This document shows, piece after piece, positions 49,187-53,596 of a stretch of DNA of 53,596 nt. The DNA lies in NCBI GenBank assembly GCA_001938485.1, contig MQRK01184077.1:5634-59229 (forward strand), written 5' to 3'. Below the pieces are notes generated by a model, which ran no database searches, was not told the origin of the DNA, and saw nothing but the letters and a program-made list of their open reading frames with translations. Both the position numbers and the translations under genes were made by a program. Source of the stretch: Girardia tigrina. Lineage: Eukaryota. The first letter of the stretch is position 1, and every line of letters starts with the position of its first letter.

Positions 49187-52100
49187 GTAAGAACGGATAA
49201 CTAATTTTATTTTTATAGATTTACTAGAAGCTTAATTTGGCTCAAAATGAGTTTTTTTAAATTAAGTTAATTTTAAAATAAAATTTTAAAACAAAATCTA
49301 TAGAAACTGCGACGTTTCCTCACTATACGAGGTAAATTGGTCACTTTCTAAGGCAGACAATACATAACAATATATTAAATTTTATTTAAACTATCAAAAT
49401 ATCCATAAATATTAGTAAAAGATATTAGTACTCTTATTACATGAGCCTCAATTGAAAATGACTGATTAGTATGTAAATCGCATATTTCCAATTTGTTATC
49501 TGAAAATTATATATTGTCTATGCTTCTTTTACCGGACAGTCATTATCCCATCTCTCATCGACGCCTCAAATTCCTGCATTTGGTCCTTCATCAATAACAA
49601 CAAGTAATTAAAACCAATAATTATTTTTCAGATTTTACTGAATTTTTTATTTTTTTAAAAAATGATCCCTTTGATTCACCACTTATCAATTCTATAATAA
49701 CATTTATTAAATTAGCATTTTGTTTCTACAATTTTGAAAAACCTTTTGATTTTTCTTCAACTTTATATTTGGTGGCAAAAAATGATTTTAAAAATATAGA
49801 ATAAAGAAAATTAAGTCATTTTGTTTTATAAAGATGAAATGTAACGTTTTTTTATTCAATTACATGTCAGCAATTATGACCTTTTTCAATGTGTATTTAT
49901 CAAAAACATTCCTTGTTATCAAAACCTAGATCTCACAGAGGTAGTCATTTTCCAACTCCGATTTTCGATTCGATTTTGACATTTGCTCGATTTTCATTTG
50001 AATAGTTTCGAAAAAAAATTTTGTTCTAATTTAAAAATTTTTTTAGTACAGTCGATTGAGACATGGCAGCCAGAATGACACGTGAAAATATCATGGTGGT
50101 ACTATTCACCGTTTCGATGGAATCCTTTGACATAAATACCGACATACGGACAAATACATTATATTTTACCTCATGGTAATGAAGTATTATATAATCGCCA
50201 TTAAAAATATCCATAGTAGAATTTTTTCTCATGAATTTCATTACTATTATTATTATTAGGTTCTTCAGACATCAAAAATTTAATTCCTTTTGAAAAATAT
50301 TTCTTTTTAACGACAAACTTTTGTACACAATCAATTTAAAATTTGTGAATATTTAAACAAACCTTTTTTATTAACAAATTAAATAAAAGTCTATAAATTC
50401 ATAAATATTTCTTTGTGATGATATCAGTTTGTAAATCCATATAATATTATAAATACTAATAAGTTACTATACTATGATTTTAAAATGCCTAATTATCTTT
50501 ATAATAGAATTATGATTTCTGTTTGTGTGAAGTTCCTGGTGTTCAGTAAAACAAATTTAATTATTTTTATTAAATAATTTCTGTAGTGCCCCGACACATT
50601 TAAGTCATTATTTCGCATTTACTCCGAAGCATATGAATTTTGATACGGATTCGGGGAAAATCGGTCGCAATCCCGGATGCGATTCCATACTGTCCCGATA
50701 TAGGAATATTCTGAGGCAGATTTCAGGTATTCTTTCCATAATGCCCCAACATAGAAATATCATCATTTCGGATCTGTCCCGGCATACATTGATTTTAAAA
50801 TTTTAAAATAATCATGTAAATATTAATAATAATGGATTTAGTTAACTTAAAAAATTCGCCAGACTTGGCGAAACGGGTTTTACCATAGTACATTATATTA
50901 ACCTAAATTTAATCTCGAATAATTTATAACCTTAAAATTTATAAAAACTGAATTTCCTTTTTCCTGATCATTCTTATCCTGATAACTAATAATTCTGACT
51001 TCAAAAATTTTCACTTCTTTAAAATTTCCCTCACAATTATTATTATATTTGGAAGAGAATGTCATGTAAAGCATTGATAATAAGTTCTCGATATCAAAAA
51101 TTCAATGTTCAAATGATACTCTCAACCTGTTCATTATTTTTCAATTATTTTACGTAGGATTTTACAAAATTATTCATTTAAAGATATAATAGATTCTATG
51201 TATTAGTGAATCTTTTGGATCAAAAACTTACATTTCTTTAACTGCATACGAATGTCGAACAAATATTTGAACAAATTCGTAAATCATAATTAAGTTATTT
51301 AAATATTTTTATTAATTTGTACAAAGTTCATCGAAGAATCCGTTACTAAAATTCAAGATTGTATGCAATTTTTAGTTTTGGATGAAAACATTTGTGAAGT
51401 GACTTTATTAAGTGTTATTTCAGGTTGAAAATAGTACATATTTACCGACAATATGTATACATATATCGGTATACACGTGGTCGTTCTCAAAACAACATCT
51501 ATGCGATATGTGCTATTAACTACAGTGAATGAATCTAACAAACACGATTGACTTTAAATGTTTGTTTTTGAATATTTAAAAAAAAGAAACGAAATTGTAT
51601 GATTAAATCATAAATGACCGGATTGTCAGTTGATCTAATACAATAATTTGATCAATTGATATTTTTAGCTTGAATCAGAAATTATTGTATTAATAACTAA
51701 GACAATTTCTTAAACCAGTTTTTACAATATTAATAAATCGATCATTATTCATAGTTTATTGTCAAATTGTTCAGTGTAATAGTGAATCCATGATCTGATA
51801 ATACTAGTGATTATTTTGGGAAATCTTTAGAAATTTTATTATATATTTAAGCTGACCAACTTTCAGCAGATCAAAGTGGGAAAACTTATGTTGTGTTTCA
51901 AAACTCGTTTAAATTTGCAATTCAAATCATAAATATCGCATTAAATATTAAATAAGAATAGTAATGTTTTTAATACCGATATTCTAATACAGCAGCAGCT
52001 CCGAGGCGTCGACTATGGTTTAACGAAATAATCATCGATGTACATTGCTACATAAATCTACTTTTTATCAAAATTTTATCAGTAATAAAGCTACTTTTTC

Positions 52101-52459
52101 AAGAAACCTATGGAAATTTTATCAGTTTTAAAATTATGCATTCTTTTTTTGTCCAAGGTGTAAGTTAAAATATACGGTTTAAAACATTAAAGAAAAAATT
52201 AATAATGATAATTTTTTTAAAAAAAAACATGACATCATGGTTGAACAGATGTACTGGCTGGGTTATAAAACCAAAAAATATATACTGAATCTGTTACGGT
52301 GTCAATAAGACTCAAGGAAGGTAAAATATGAAAGACTAATTAAATTAGCTTTGGTTGTTAATTTGTTTTTTTTATTTCTGAATTTCCATCTTTCTGGTAA
52401 AACCGTTTGACAATTTACAAAGAGCTCTTTTATTTCAGTAATTGATTTACTTAAACTGT

Positions 52460-52500
<41 letters not shown>

Positions 52501-53486
52501 TTGGTTTAAAATTACAATTGGTCAAACAAAATATAAAATAAATACTTAAACATATTATTTGTGTTTATTTGAAAGTCAAAAAACACCAAGTGAAAACTTA
52601 TGATTGTAAACATAAAGAGTTTTTAACTTGTTTCTTCAAAATAGCTCCTATATATGAACAAAGGTAATCGGTAATATTATATTGTCGTTTGAGCTTCTTT
52701 TCACGCGAATTCACACATTTGCGGTTTTTGATTATGTGTCATGTATCACCAAATCTTATGATCGACGAATTTTTTGTGAGTAAACAATAGCTTAATTGGT
52801 TGTAAATTTTATATAGATTTTGGAAGTATACATTTGCAAATTATTCTGTGAAGAGTGGTATCCAAACTATCTGACCCTTGAACTGTACATTTTTACCCCA
52901 TATCTCAATCAGTTATTTGAAAAATTCAGTGTTTTTAGAATTTTACGAAATTAATTTTCCTAAACAGTTTGCGGTTAAATACACTTAATTATGAATTATT
53001 AAAATTAAAAGAAAAAATAGAATAAGTTTAATTTTCGGGCCGTATTTTGTATGTCTAGTCTAACATTTAAAATATTAAACATTAATAAAATTATATTAAT
53101 GTCTACATACATGTCTTAATTCAAATTACTTAAATATCGTTTATGTAGCAACTATATTCTTAATTTCCTTATAATATTGTCATTAAAATATGGGACCATA
53201 CTGATTATTAAGACCATTTTCTGAATCAAACATTATCAAACCATGAATTTGGGCAACATGCTCCAACTGTTCACGAGACACAATAGTGGCTTTAACCGAT
53301 GTTGAATTACCAAATACTTTGGCATAATATTATTACTATTGGGTTCGTTATTAAGATCAAGATTCACGACACTAAAACTTTATTTCTAACACATTAAATT
53401 TTACAAACAAATTTATGAGGAACAATATTTTCAATTTGCATAAACCAGATTTTTAAAATTCTAAAACGTTATGAATTAATGATATA

Positions 53487-53596
53487 CAGGGTGCGGCAGC
53501 TATTTGAGAACACGTAATATAGACACCATATCTTTTTGTGTGTTATAATTACATAATTTTATTTTTGCTGGTAGACATGGCAGAAGCTACTCTTAC
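53487..53596. mobile_element. Terminus of a second copy of the 9364-10548 Tc1/mariner family
   Basis: TA+CAGGGTGCGGCAGCTATTTGAGAACAC...; reverse complement of 10439-10548. Confidence 0.9.

Overview
This is an AT-rich invertebrate animal genome segment from a draft assembly with several N gaps. It is not prokaryotic, and I found no rRNA, tRNA or CRISPR. The only confidently recognisable host gene is the 5' end of an inositol 1,4,5-trisphosphate receptor (ITPR): six coding exons at 41264-49186 (+), 235 codons, all GT-AG, with the gene continuing past the window. Most other recognisable sequence is transposon material: two internally deleted Gypsy LTR elements plus a third fragment, Penelope-like retroelements with minimal hammerhead ribozymes (mostly beside (TA)n tracts), several Tc1/mariner elements (including a DD37E-type copy with an open but catalytically mutated ORF), pogo/Tigger, piggyBac, MULE, hAT and zinc-finger LINE remnants. 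The most unusual object is a ~3.1 kb apparently non-coding foldback element (28409-31543). Its GC-rich inverted arms are arrays of RFX X-box palindromes and CCAAT boxes with nested hairpins, and a hammerhead ribozyme sits next to the inner edge of one arm. Also unexplained is a small dispersed repeat family (6.7, 8.6, 10.9 and 16.9 kb) with codon-like conservation. All assignments come from reading the sequence and remembered motifs; no searches were run.
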